NCBI GenBank assembly: GCA_950097015.1
Contig: CATNEN010000003.1
Span: forward strand, 14,260,001-14,324,000
Direction: 5' to 3'
From: Macrostomum hystrix
Lineage: Eukaryota > Animalia > Platyhelminthes
Length of the DNA: 64,000 nucleotides
A program made the translations under genes and the position numbers. Each line of letters opens with the position of its first letter. Within the stretch, counting starts at the first letter, position 1. The notes below the pieces were generated by a model that saw only the letters and a list, made by a program, of their open reading frames with translations, did not search any database and had not been told where the DNA came from. Shown here piece after piece: positions 1 through 14,534 of this stretch.

Positions 1-20
1 TGTCTCATCTCTCTCGTGTC
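1..20 (-). repeat. End of a 16-bp minisatellite (GAGAGATGAGACACGG family), inverted
   Basis: TGTCTCATCTCTCTCGTGTC is the reverse complement of the 6817-8132 unit. Confidence 0.65.
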
Positions 21-2867
21 GCAACTGTTCTAAAAAATCTTAGACGAAGTGATAAAAAATCGGGGTATATACACGATAGTAATGTTCAACCAGCATGTGC
101 ATTGTTTTGAGCTTTGTTTCAGAAAAGACAATATCTATACAGACAAGTTTTAGAAAAAAGGAGCGTTGATTTTGTCAGTGTGACGTGTAGTGGCAGTAGC
201 GGGAAATTCAACAGTGCTCAACAGTGCTTTGAGATTTTTATGCTGGCTTCTGTATGTAGAGTGGATAAATGCCCACAATATGCGTGCATGCGAATATGCA
301 CGCTTATATATTGATAGACCCTTATAAGAAGCTTCTAGATTAAGGTTTTCAATAACATTTATGTCACTAAAAAAATCATATTCACCATCTATTGATGTCA
401 TCTCTAGTACTATCTATACACGGTAATACAATTAGTTCATGAATATTAAATGTAAGTGCACACTGAATATGAGATGATTGTGATTTACCCGCATTTTATG
501 CCTACGAGACTCGTATATTATAGGCCATGAGACAGATAGCACAATAACACTTAGTAAGTGAAGTTTTGCTTTGATTAAGTGCTCAAGAAATTCTATCTTT
601 TGAGACGCTCGTTCGAGCCCAGGTATGAGTTGAGTAGCTAAAGATCATCTTCAAATCATAAATGTTAAAAAAGCACAATGAGCCTGGGGCAACATGCAGG
701 CCACTCGCTGCATGGTTGCTCTGATTCAACGAGTGTAATAAGTTTGTCAGCAATTGTTGACAACTAGAATATTGTGGCATTGTCTTCTTGAAGAAAATTG
801 AATTGTTTCGTTCCCCCTGGCAACCGGACAATCTCCGACGAGGTCGGTGATTTCTGCAGCATGTCCATGGACTGGATAGCTCTTAACAGACTTTAACAGT
901 TGAAAGACCATGGGGATATTTCAAATACCCGCATTTGAAATATCTTCCTACTGTTAAAATCTTTCAATAGTTGTATTGCAGGCCAAGGCGATAATCAAAT
1001 TGAGCTCCTGTTGCATCAACATCCGGTTTTATCAAACCAATAAAATTGTTTTCACTTCTCAATGGGGCTTGATTGAGCAATGCTCAAAGGTCTCGGGCCA
1101 TATGTGTGCATGTGAAACAAGCAGCGTGTGTTGACAGTTAGGAATCACATATAGGTGACAAAAGTCAACAGTGAGCAGTGGGTGGAACACGCAGGATAGC
1201 TATAATGCAGAGTCAAGTTTTCTCGAGGGAGACAACTTAAGACATGCTGTATTTGATCAAATACAGCAGCCCACCCGCCTGCCTGCTGGGCCGCTGGGGT
1301 TTGAGTAAAGTTAAAACTCTGTGAAGTTGCATCTGTATCCATATGACCATTGTTGAGCGGAATTGAAATTTAAATATTTCATAAATCTCTTTCTCTTCGA
1401 AGCGATCGAATATTTATATAGAATTTCTTGTCTAGCTTTTCAGTCTCATCTTTGAGTCGAGTCATACAGACTCCTCGAATGAAAATATGAGGCAGCTCTG
1501 TATTCTAGGAATACAGAGCAGAATTCACTCCAGTGTGACCATGCTGACGGCGGCCTCTGTTCCAGCGCGAAAGCAGATTTCAATTCCCCCGACGACCATG
1601 GCAGAGCGCTGAATGCGGAGGCGAGTCGCACTCCTCCTTCGGAGGAAAAAGCCCGCCCATATATATACGTAATAAAGCTACCTCCACTTTGAGGATGACT
1701 TCCAGCTCTGAATAATTGATTCGCTGCTCTCCGAGTCTGCAGCACCCAACTGCCATAGTCTGTTGCTGCCTAAAACATAAAACAGAGGCCCGAGATCGAG
1801 AGAAATAGAACGGGATCTGCGGTCACGCCTCTGTGACTGCTGATTAGGGAGAAACTTTCTATTTCAACAAGACTGGGAGATGGCAATGTGGAGAGTGGCT
1901 AAGTGAAATGAGAGGCCCGCTGATGAAAGCTGCTGTATCAGTCGAAACTGGGGAAAGATTTTCTTTATAGGGGCAGGGGGAGAATTTTTTCATTTTCCCG
2001 ATTTGGTCGGCATTGAAATTTCCCAGGAGGGCCGGTGGGGGAAGACCTGACCGAACGGGAAGTCGGGAAACAAAAATAACGGCAGAATGAGATTGAAATT
2101 GAAATTCGCACAGGTTGACTTTTTCCTCTTGATTAGAAAGTGGAACTTTCTGTCGTCAAAGTCTTAATAAACTTTGTGAGTTTCTAAATAAAAATAATTT
2201 TCGATAGTTATAACAAAATGAAAGAATTATGCAATTCTTAAGTCTTTCTTTCAGTTGCTATGGTTTTCAAATTTAATTTTCATCATCATTTTTATCTCCC
2301 TGTTGCCGCATAATTGTTAATAATAAATATTGATCAACAGAAGGTGTCAAATTCTAGGAAACGAAACGGTTAAGCCAATTAGCAAGTTTCTATAGTCTTG
2401 ACAAGCTTTATAGTTGTCAAGAAAATTTCCTATTTTACTACGTTCAGAATAACAAAGCAGAATTGCGAAACTAAATAAGTAGCAATTAAAGGGGCCTGAC
2501 ACAGGCACTGACAAAACTTGTTGCGCAATAACAGGCCAACAGTCACAAAGACAGCGAAAATTCAATTGAGTCTTATCTAAAAAGTTAAGTGGTCTAATGA
2601 TGTGCTATTTGAGCCGGCGAATAATATATTACATTTTCAGATGAAACCGACAACTGCTATAGGCCTCGCTTGCCACATGCCGCACCCCCTTTTGTTATCT
2701 TGATCTGTCTGTCCCTCTTAACCTCATTTGACTAATGTACAACAGCCTCAGCTAATCCTGATATCCTGAAACTTTGCAATTCTATATTGGTTAAGTTTTA
2801 TTGATGTCAATTCTGTGACGTGGCAAGTGTCTATTCTAAATAGGATTGATTCTTCAATTAATTTAAT

Positions 2868-3255
2868 GATCTATTCTCAAATCGATCTATTCTCAGATCA
2901 ATCTATTCTTAAATCGATCTATTCTCAAATCGATCTGTTCTCAAATAGATCTATTCTCAAATCTATATATTCTCAAATCGATCTGTTCTCAAATAGATCC
3001 ATTCTCAAATCTATCAATTCTCAAGTCGATCAATTCTCAAATCGATCTATTCTCAAATAGATCTATTCTCAAATCTATCAATACTTAAGTCGATCAATTC
3101 TCAAGTCGATCTATTCTCAAATCGATCTATTCTTTAATCGATCTATTCTCAAATCGATCTATTCTCAAATCGATCTATTCTCATATCAATCTATTCTCAT
3201 ATCAATCTATTCTCAAGTCGATCTATTCTCAAAACGATCTATTCTCAGTTCGATC
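2868..3255. repeat. 16-bp minisatellite ATCGATCTATTCTCAA
   Basis: ~24 degenerate copies. Confidence 0.95.
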
Positions 3256-3748
3256 TTTGTTTTCAGATGAGCTTTTTCCAGCAAATTCAAACCAATCTAG
3301 CCACATAATAAATTTATATATACCTATAGTTTTAATCTTGCTAATGGATTAGACTAAAACAACAGGTATATGTGGTTTTGCTGTGAAATATATAGCCCAG
3401 CTATACTTGAAGCTTTTGATTGCACAGCCTTAGCTTATTAAACACACTAACCTGATTGGGGAATAAGGGTTGATAAAGCGCAAAGTAGATGTGTAGATTA
3501 ATACTGCAGAAGAGGGTGGTAGCAAGTGTTTCTATAGTAAGTGCTTGGTGTGAAAATTAGCTCACGGGTCCACACTATATGCTCAAGCAGCGAAGAAACA
3601 TTTTCGCTTTTTTGTCTTTGCAATGCTGGTATAGAATTTATATTGTATAATTATTATTATTATGCTTGTCATAGCTACATCGCAATGAATAATTGTTAGT
3701 TAAAACAAAAGCGTACACAATATATTTACTACTTCCTAACATCCTCAG

Positions 3749-3804
3749 GAATCCGGCAGGAACAGAATATCTACATTCGGCTAGTGGACTCTGTGACTAA
3801 AACG
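3749..3804 (+). CDS. coe: COE/Collier/EBF exon (first visible; DNA-binding domain)
   Basis: tcag|GA..ACG|gtaagc; reads GIRQEQNIYIRLVDSVTKT, matching EBF GVRTEQDLYVRLIDSMTKQ; 56 nt, phase 1 to 0. Confidence 0.93.
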
Positions 3805-3879
3805 GTAAGCAAAATGGGATAAAACTGTTTAAGAATATTGATTAAAACTGCTGCATGGGATCAAAAGCTGAATTTTTTC

Positions 3880-4202
3880 ATCTAAACCTGGGATTTTGGA
3901 TAAAAATAGGCTTTGGTATATGAATCTGGGATTTAAGATCTAAGTCTGGGATTTGTGATCTAAATCTGAGATTTGAGATCCAAATCTGGGATTTGAGGTC
4001 TAAATATGGGGTTTGGGATCTAAACCTGGGATTTGGGATCTAAATCTGGGATTTGAGGTCTAAATATGGGATTTGGGATCTAAGTCTGGGATTTGGGATC
4101 TAAATCTGAGATTTGAGATCCAAATCTGGGATTGGGATCAAATATGGGATTGGGATCCGAATATGGTATTGGGATCGGAATATGGGATTGGGATCGGAAT
4201 CC
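3880..4202. repeat. 20-bp minisatellite TGGGATTTGGGATCTAAATC
   Basis: Fills most of COE intron 3805-4242. Confidence 0.95.
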
Positions 4203-4212
4203 TAAAAAGTGA

Positions 4213-4386
<174 letters not shown>

Positions 4387-5124
4387 TGAGTGGCCCCTGC
4401 TGCTCGTGTCTAAGGACTGGACTTTCCTGCTCGCTAAACTGGCTCTTAGAATCCATTAAAATTATTATTTGTGACCAGAAAGATTTTCATTTAAGATCCT
4501 TAACAGTGCCGTCTCTTTAACAGTGAGTGGGCGGAAAATATGGAAATCACTGGCTAAAAAATACTCAACTGGTTAATCCCATCAGCTGAGAGAGAGAGAG
4601 AGTGATGCAAATGGGAAATAATCCCCCTATTGAATCGCGCGTCAACGAAAACTTTCAAACTGTAGATTTGCGTTAATCCTCATTTGGACATTTTCCATCT
4701 CTTCTTTCTGTTACCCTCTTTTTAGGCTCCCCAAAAATGCTTCCCAGATTCATTGCCTATGGGTTTTTTTCCCAAACAGAAACTCGGATGCGTTCTCAAA
4801 TTTTCTCCCCCTGTCCATCTCGCATTCGCGCTCTTATGGGCAGGCTGAAACAGATTTCTTAATTCTCTTTTTCTTCGCCGTCAGTTTGCTGTCTCCTTCT
4901 CCTGCGTGTGCGCCTTATTTATCCCATCTAGAGAGCCCGGTAGCGGATTAGCAATACTGTAATTCGAGCTTAGCATACAGTTCTCCAGCAAAAATATGAA
5001 CCTGTTTGACGCAAGACTGGGATAGCGGTGAAAGAATATTTTAAGGATTGGTGGACAAGAAGGGGTAGGAATGGGGAGAGTTGGGCAAGTTGAGGATAGA
5101 AAGGAGAGAATAGCTGGGAAGAAA

Positions 5125-5580
5125 TTGGAGAATAGAAAGGGGAGAATAAGGGGAGAATAGAAAGGGGAGAATAAGGGGAGAATGGAAAGGGGAGAAAAAG
5201 GGAGAATGGAAAGGGGAGAATGAGGGGAGAATAGAAAGGGGAGAATAAGGGGAGAATTAAAAGGGGAGAATAAGGGGAGAATAGAAAGGGGAGAATAAGG
5301 GGAGAATAGAAAGGGGAGAATAAGGGGAGAATAGAAAGGGGAGAATAAGGGGATAATAGAAAGGGGAGAATAAGGGGAGAATGGAAAGGGGAGAATAAGG
5401 GGAGAATGAAGATAAACGGGAGAATAAGGGGAGAATGGAAAGGGGAGAATAAGGGGAGAATGAAGAGAAACGGGAGAATAAGGGGAGAATGGAAAGGGGA
5501 GAATAGGGGGAGAATGGAAAGGGGAGAATAGGGGGAGAATGGAAAGGAGAGAATAAGGGGAGAATGGAGAGAAACGGGAG
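5125..5580. repeat. Purine-rich 12/13-bp (25-bp dimer) array AAAGGGGAGAATAAGGGGAGAATAG
   Basis: Direct inspection. Confidence 0.95.
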
Positions 5581-5939
5581 ACTTTATCAGAAAACTCAAA
5601 CTTTCAAGTCCAAGACTGCCTGCTCACGACATAACTCGCGGACTAAAACTTGAATTAGGATAAATTCAAACTGATATATTATATTAGTGAATGATATTAG
5701 TCAGTTCAGGTAGATGGGATAAATATCGCAGCCCTTCCACGGCTTATTTGCGTAATACACCTTATACCACTTAAGAGCAAGTAGCTATATTATATATAGA
5801 GCGCGTACCTTACTTAAACTGTGCCCAAAATATAGTATACTATATCACAGACCTTAACTAATTTCCTATAGGGAAACTGCATGGCTTTAAAGATTGGTTT
5901 TATCTATTACAGGCGTTCCTCGAGATTAAGAAGGTCGAC

Positions 5940-5940
<1 letters not shown>

Positions 5941-5970
<30 letters not shown>
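5941..5970. repeat. (CTG)10 microsatellite
   Basis: Direct inspection. Confidence 0.95.
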
Positions 5971-5971
<1 letters not shown>

Positions 5972-6761
5972 GTTCTAGAAGACAGAGGGGGTAGATATAT
6001 AGAACACACTAGAAAATGAGACATTACGGATTACGCGCCTGTGTGTGTGCTCTCTTCTCTCCTCTTCAGTGTATCCGTGCATCTCTATTTGTGTGGAATA
6101 TTTATAATCCTCGTGTGCATTCGAATGCGCTGTGAGTCTGTATGGTTGAATCTTTACTAGGATTACTTACCCTTCAGCTTGTCGCATGACTAAATGAACA
6201 CAAATGAAAGCATCTTCTATGTATATTCTATTAGATATTTACATGTGGCCCGAATTTACAATTTGTGTCTTTTTTCAGCAGCCAAAGTACTTAAATGCCA
6301 ACATTTCCCTAAAATCTCCCAAAACATTCAATATTCAATATTTAAAGATTGTCAATCAGTGTACACTGTCACTGTACCTACTCTCCGCGGACACAAGACT
6401 AAGACTTAGAAAACTGGTAGAGAAGGCCAATGGACTAAGGGGGGGGCTCTATTTTTAGATAACATCTTCCATATAGACCATGTAGACTTGGCACTGAAGG
6501 ATTAAAGACTTTGAAGGCACCGAATGCTCTAAAGAAAATATGCATGGGAGAGCTCAGAGAGAGACTGGGAAAATAGAGAGAAAAGGGTTAGTGTTCGATG
6601 GGGTTATAGAGGCCTTCGATTCGGCCTGAGTCACTGCGATGGGCATAGAGAACGTTCAATCAATAACTCATGACTTGGCTTTGCTTGGCATTTAAGCATA
6701 ATATATACTCGACTGTCAAACAGAATAAAGAATGCAATTACAATTTGTCTTTTGTTTTAAC

Positions 6762-8233
6762 CAGGGGGTCGGCAAACTTATTAGCTAGCGGGTCAAAGAG
6801 AGAATCTAAAAGACAACGGGAGAGATGAGACAAGGGAGAGATGAGACACGGGAGAGATGGGACAAGGGAGAGATGAGACACGGGAGAGATGGGACACGGG
6901 AGAGATGGGACAAGGGAGAGATGAGACACGGGAGAGATGAGACACGGGAGAGATGAGACACGGGAGAGATGAGACACGGGAGAGATGAGACACGGGAGAG
7001 ATGAGACACGGGAGAGATGAGACAAGGGAGAGATGAGACACGGGAGAGATGAGACAAGGGAGAGATGAGACACGGGAGAGATGAGACACGGGAGAGATGA
7101 GACACGGGAGAGATGAGACAAGGGAGAGATGAGACACGGGAGAGATGAGACAAGGGAGAGATGAGACACGGGAGAGATGAGACACGGGAGAGATGAGACA
7201 CGGGAGAGATGAGACACGGGATAGATGAGACACGGGAGAGATGAGACAAGGGAGAGATGAGACACGGGAGAGATGAGACACGGGAGAGATGAGACACGGG
7301 AGAGATGAGACACGGGAGAGATGAGACACGGGAGAGATGAGACACGGGGGAGATGAGACACGGGAGAGATGAGACACGGGAGAGATGAGACACGGGAGAG
7401 ATGAGACACGGGAGAGATGAGACACGGGAGAGATGAGACACGGGAGAGATGAGACACGGGAGAGATGAGACACGGGAGAGATGAGACACGGGAGAGATGA
7501 GACACGGGAGAGATGAGACACGGGAGAGATGAGACACGGGAGAGATGAGACACGGGAGAGATGAGACACGGGAGAGATGGGACAAGGGAGAGATGAGACA
7601 CGGGAGAGATGAGACACGGGAGAGATGAGACACGGGAGAGATGAGACACGGGAGAGATGAGACACGGGAGAGATGAGACACGGGAGAGATGAGACACGGG
7701 AGAGATGAGACACGGGAGAGATAAGACACGGGAGAGATGAGACAAGGGAGAGATGAGACACGGGAGAGATGAGACACGGGAGAGATGAGACACGGGAGAG
7801 ATGAGACAAGGGAGAGATGAGACACGGGAGAGATGAGACACGGGAGAGATGGGACACGGGAGAGATGAGATACGGGAGAGATGAGACAAGGGAGAGATGA
7901 GACACGGGAGAGATGAGACACGGGAGAGATGAGACACGGGAGAGATGAGACAAGGGAGAGATGAGACACGGGAGAGATGAGACACGGGAGAGATGGGACA
8001 CGGGAGAGATGAGATACGGGAGAGATGAGACACGGGAGAGATGAGACACGGGAGAGATGAGACACGGGAGAGATGAGACACGGGAGAGATGAGACACGGG
8101 AGAGATGAGACACGGGAGAGATGAGACACGGGAAATATGAAACAGGATATTATAGGTCCCGGAAGGGGCAACGGGCCGGATTTGGGAGCTTCGAAGGCCG
8201 CATGTGGCCCGCGGCCGGAGCTTGCTGACCCTG
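6762..8233. mobile_element. hAT/Charlie-type (MER58-like) non-autonomous element containing a 16-bp minisatellite
   Basis: Left end CAGGGGGTCGGCAAACT, right end AGCTTGCTGACCCTG; subterminal GGGCCGGATTTGG and GGCCCGCGGCCG typical of Charlie MITEs; 8-bp flanks gttttaac/cttcaaac match only 5/8. Confidence 0.7.
6817..8132. repeat. 16-bp minisatellite GGAGAGATGAGACACG
   Basis: ~82 highly homogeneous copies inside the hAT-like element. Confidence 0.98.
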
Positions 8234-9187
8234 CTTCAAACGGTAAAGACACACATTCATCATGTCACATTAATAAAATAATTCCCATGTACGTTACAAA
8301 AATATCCCTCCAGATATAATCTTCCTGTACCCATGACAACGCGAGAATCAAATTTGTTTGGCTAAACTCGCCTTTACTTAAGTAGCCAGATTCCTTAACT
8401 TTTTTCACCCAGTTGCCAACTAGAAAATCACATTGACAGAAGAAAAACAGATTTTTTGTTACCAGTCTCTTCCTCAGTTCTTCATCTTTTACCTGCTGCA
8501 GGTTGCAGAGCAACAAAAGACACGTATGCACCTCTAAATCAACACCGGGAAATTTGCAGCGTATTATTTTTTTCTCTTTAAAAAAGACAAGAGGCAGTTG
8601 CAGATAATCATCGCCTAGAAATGCCCAACTGGGAATTACAGTTGTAATAATTTAAGGAATTTTCTTTTTCGCTTTTCTTGATGGAGACAAGGTAGCTTAA
8701 GAAAACAATAATTTCTGCTTCTAGAAGCTTTTGGTGTCGTCTTTTGTGTTTTTTCGTCCAAAAAAGCGGCATTGCTGGACCTCGGTAACACGTTTGGAAG
8801 AAAAAACGATCGAGAAAAAAAGCACGAAGCAGAAGATCAATCGGAACTAATTATCGGACCCCTTACAGGTGTTTCTAACACCAGACTCTTTCCCTGCGCC
8901 CACAAACCCCACTATCATTGGTCGGGATCTGGACTTGTCATTCTTATGATGATCCTGAAACAGAAATTAGCCTAGATATTTTCCTAAGGGGCAAAAATAC
9001 AGGCCTATAAAAATGATTGGAAGATTAAAATTAAATGATTCGCTTTTTTCTTTGTTTCACTCTAAAACTGGCACTTGCTCCTTAGCAATAGAGGCAGTAA
9101 ATTTTCCCCATTATTTTATTTCTGAAGTCTGAAGATCCTGGCTTTTGATAACATGTTCGTCTTTTACTGGTCTAGTTTTAATTTTTG

Positions 9188-9420
9188 TAGTTTGTACAGT
9201 ATCTTGTAGTTTGTACAGTATCTTGTAGTTTGTACAGTATCTTGTAGTTTGTACAGTATCTTGTAGTTTGTACAGTATCTTGTAGTTTGTACAGTATCTT
9301 GTAGTTCGTACAGTATCTTTTAGTTTGTACAGTATCTTGTAGTTTGTACAGTATCTTGTAGTTTGTACAGTATCTTGTAGTTCGTACAGTATCTTTTAGT
9401 TTGTACAGTATCTATTAGTT
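9188..9420. repeat. 19-bp minisatellite GTAGTTTGTACAGTATCTT
   Basis: ~12 copies. Confidence 0.95.
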
Positions 9421-10004
9421 GTTCTAGTGACTAGTTTGTGAAGCTTTAGATTACTCGTGGAGGCACACAACTGTTAATAAATTTCATTTTACAATTTGTT
9501 GTCGTTTCTAGTTTGGGTTCGAGGAACACCCATAGACAAAGCGTTGAGCACAGTCGGGAGTTGTGTCAGAAAATCGATTAATTTTGTGTCAAAAAAACTG
9601 GCCCCCAGCTAGCAGATAGATCGAATTGCAGCAGCAGGAACAGGGAAAGCAATTATAGGTCAAGTCTTGTACGGACACCTTCTGCTCTGGGGTTATGGGA
9701 GATGAGTTAGGAGAGCGAGTTCCAGACCACCTGGCGTTTTCGACTCTGACACATTTCTTATCTGAATTTGTTGGGCCAGAAAATATAACAGATATGAGAA
9801 AGTCAAGCGTTCTTCAGGAAGCCAGTTTAAGAGTAGGGACAAGTGAATTCTGGGCCGAGCCGAGTTAGCTGCCAAATGGCTGACTCGCGCCACTGAGAAC
9901 TGAACAATATCTGACTAATTTCTGCTTCTTTTAACTGTCACCCCGCTGTGATTGGCTTTTCTTTGGTTGGAGACAAATCGACTAGACTAATGAGAATTGG
10001 TTTG

Positions 10005-11757
10005 AGACTAGGAGAAGTAGATAGAGACTATGAGAGTTAGATACAGACTATGAGAGGTTGATTAAGACTATGAGAGGTAGATAAAGACTATGAGAGGCTG
10101 ATTAAGACTATGAGAGGCTGATTAAGACTATGAGAGGTAGATTAAGACTATGAGAGGTAGATAAAGACTATGAGAGGTAGATAAAGACTATGAGAGGTAG
10201 ATAAAGACTATGAGAGGTTGATTAAGACTATGAGAGGTAGATAAAGACTATGAGAGGCTGATTAAGACTATGAGAGGCTGATTAAGACTATGAGAGGTAG
10301 ATTAAGACTATGAGAGGTAGATAAAGACTATGAGAGGCTGATTAAGACTATGAGAGGTAGATAAGGACTATGAGAGGTAGATTAGGACTATGAGAGTTAG
10401 ATAAAGACTATGAGAGGTAGATAAAGACTATGAGAGTTAGATAAAGACTATGAGAGTTAGATTAAGACTATGAGAGTTAGATAAAGACTATGAGAGGTAG
10501 ATTAAGACTATGAGAGTTAGATAAAGACTATGAGAGTTAGATAAAGACTATGAGAGGTAGATTAAGACTATGAGAGTTAGATAAAGACTATGAGAGGCTG
10601 ATTAAGACTATGAGAGGTAGATTAAGACTATGAGAGGTAGATAAAGACTATGAGAGGCTGATTAAGACTATGAGAGGTAGATTAGGACTATGAGAGGTAG
10701 ATTAGGACTATGAGAGTTAGATAAAGACTATGAGAGGTAGATAAAGACTATGAGAGTTAGATAAAGACTATGAGAGTTAGATTAAGACTATGAGAGTTAG
10801 ATAAAGACTATGAGAGGTAGATTAAGACTATGAGAGTTAGATAAAGACTATGAGAGGCTGATTAAGACTATGAGAGGTAGATAAAGACTATGAGAGGTAG
10901 ATTAGGACTATGAGAGGTAGATTAAGACTATGAGAGGTAGATTAAGACTATGAGAGGTAGATTAAGACTATGAGAGGTAGATTAGGACTATGAAAGTTAG
11001 ATAAAGACTATGAGAGGTAGATAAAGACTATGAGAGTTAGATAAAGACTATGAGAGTTAGATTAAGACTATGAGAGTTAGATAAAGACTATGAGAGGTAG
11101 ATTAAGACTATGAGAGTTAGATAAAGACTATGAGAGTTAGATTAAGACTATGAGAGTTAGATAAAGACTATGAGAGGTAGATTAAGACTATGAGAGTTAG
11201 ATAAAGACTATGAGAGGCTGATTAAGACTATGAGAGGTAGATTAAGACTATGAGAGGTAGATTAAGACTATGAGAGTTAGATAAAGACTATGAGAGGCTG
11301 ATTAAGACTATGAGAGGTAGATAAAGACTATGAGAGGTAGATTAGGACTATGAGAGGTAGATTAAGACTATGAGAGTTAGATAAAGACTATGAGAGGCTG
11401 ATTAAGACTATGAGAGGTAGATTAAGACTATGAGAGGTAGATTAAGACTATGAGAGTTAGATAAAGACTATGAGAGGCTGATTAAGACTATGAGAGGTAG
11501 ATAAAGACTATGAGAGGTAGATTAGGACTATGAGAGGTAGATTAAGACTATGAGAGGTAGATTAAGACAATGAGAGGTAGATTAAGACTATGAGAGGTAG
11601 ATTAAGACTGTGAGAGGTAGATTAGGACTATGAGAGTTAGATAAAGACTATGAGAGGTAGATAAAGACTATGAGAGGCTGATTAAGACTATGAGAGGTAG
11701 ATTAGGACTATGAGAGGTTGATAAAGACTATGAGGGGTAGATAAAGACTATGAGAGA
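10005..11757. repeat. 20-bp minisatellite AGACTATGAGAGGTAGATTA
   Basis: ~87 copies with few variants. Confidence 0.98.
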
Positions 11758-12629
11758 TTTGTGAGCTTATAAAAAGCACATTAAGATTAAGAGAAGTAGA
11801 CTAAATCGAGCGTGACATTGTGATAACACGACTGCACCATGACGCAACCCTCGAACTGCAGAAAAAGAAGACAAGATAAGAAAAAAAGCAGGGAAAATAG
11901 CAATTATTTCAATCCTAACAGTTGCCACTTTCTCGCAGCCAAGCGCATCCTTTCTGTATGGCTTAACGAAGCGCCAAATGAATAAATTGGTCATCCCACA
12001 ATGGCCCCCTTACCCGTTTTCCATATAGTGTGGAATTACTTACTGTTCAATTCTGCTCATTTTCCCTTGAGATGTGCTCACGGCTAGTTCTCCAGTTAGC
12101 TCCAATTTCTAGAGGCCGAGGTCTCATAGAGTGGGACAGTGGAGGGGGAGAGAGAGGAGAGTGAGAGAGCGAAAATGTAAAAACCGAATAGCGAATATTC
12201 ATGTTTAATTCCGCGGCAGATCACTCGAACTGGTAAATTGAATTTGCTGTCTCCGATGGGCGACGATGGGGAGGGGGCACCGCAACCTGCTCACTAATGG
12301 CTTGATTAGCCATTTTCCGAGTCCAGTTGGATAGGAGTGGGGTGGCTGCTCGCATCATCAATTCATATTCATTCGGCATGCGTCACGGAGTGCCTGCCAC
12401 ATGCCAGATAAAAAACTATATGCAGCCAGATCAAGCATTTTGTGTCTGTAGACTTTGGCCGGCTTTTATGTCTCTTTTCTTATTTCTTCTTTTAGAATCT
12501 GTTTTATGGCCTTTTTATGGCCCTTTAATTCTGTATTCTTTGGCCACGATTCCGTTATCATGATGGGCTCTGTCTGCGAACTCTCTCCATCTCTATTCCT
12601 CTATAATCCTCTCTCTTCCTAACTCTCCC

Positions 12630-13155
<526 letters not shown>

Positions 13156-14534
13156 TCAGAGTTTTGTCTCTAACCAGTGACCCAGAACTTAAGTCTCTAC
13201 GCTATGTTCAGGCAATATCGATGTGAACAAAGTGAAAACCAATCTTACAGTGTCTGAGAATTTTTTACGATATCTGCAATCGAAAATGTTTCCATCAACA
13301 AGCTCTGCTTCTAGCCTCTCCTAGAAATAAATTTTATTGCTAAAATTCTTCTTTTAACAGTTTGGACACATCTGGTGAGAATTGTGTCACTTCTATCGAA
13401 CACAAGAGACAGAGATTGAGAAGGACTAACGATAGCAGTTAAAAGTCAAATTGGTGCTTTGACTGGCATTCTCTTTATTTTGTTAATCCGATGTCAAAGA
13501 AGATATGAAAAGAATATCTATGATGACAAATTCTGCAACGAGTCATCTAGTTTCATTGCTTCATCGCTCCGACGAAAAATATTAGCAAAGAAATATTAAT
13601 AATACTAATAATAAATTATTCAATATCAGTCTCAGAATCAAGATTTTATAAATTTCGCTTTGGTCTTAGATACCATAATGGATTCGATGTTAGTGTTGTC
13701 AATAAACTATCAGATCAGAAAATTATCTAAAAGCCAGATGTACAGCCAGTAAGTGACACAGTGACACAAGAAAATTTACCTTGCTGTACAAGAAACAAGC
13801 TGTACTTGTCTAAGAATATTATTCAGATTTGTTTAAACGAATAGCATTGGTTTCCTAGAAAATTAGTAAGCAAAAGTACCAACGTACATCTGTATTGATC
13901 ATCAGAAATGGTAGATTTACATCAATGCTCACTTCTATCCAAGTAACCGTTTGGCTATAGATAAATCACATGAGAGCAGATCGCAGGATAGAAATATAGG
14001 GGAAATATTGGAGAGTGTCTGTTGTGTTGGGTTGCGTCTAAAGTCATTCTGGGGCAAGCAACTCATATTCCCTCTGAGCTCATCTTCTATCTAGCCAGCA
14101 ATGTAAAATGATGATGGATGATTTTAGGCTGAAACTGAAGCCTTGGGAGTCGGATAGCGGGTTTGAGAACTGGTTGGGGGGGACTTTGAGAACGCCTACC
14201 CCACAATGCTATATTACCGTTTTCGCTTCGGTGCCATCTGTCTACAAGACCTGATATTGTAAAATATCAGGCCACACACATCGAGAGTTATACGCGTGTA
14301 ATTTACTTCTAGAAGACTTTTACACCGGAAATAAAAGATAAAATAGTTACAGTTTTCGCACCCTCTCTAGGACCTGTTTAATTGTATAGTTTTACGATGA
14401 AGATACAAGCGGTAAAACTGCGTGTTAGCTGGATAGCAATTATATAGTTCTTGAGTAGTAGTGTATTATTTTAGTATGGGTACAGAAGCAATGCCTTTGA
14501 AAATTGGAAATACATACAAATTTGTTGTTAGTCA

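Noticed and set aside
114-3700. Upstream COE exons (RAHFEKQPP, NNGIHY motifs) or other genes in the short ORFs
   Set aside because: Motifs not found by eye; the region appears intronic and the ORFs are short with no recognisable similarity.
6738-8252. 434-504 aa ORFs in three minus frames (SHLSRVSSLPCLISPV repeats)
   Set aside because: Produced by a stop-free 16-bp minisatellite inside a COE intron; open in all frames, no domain.
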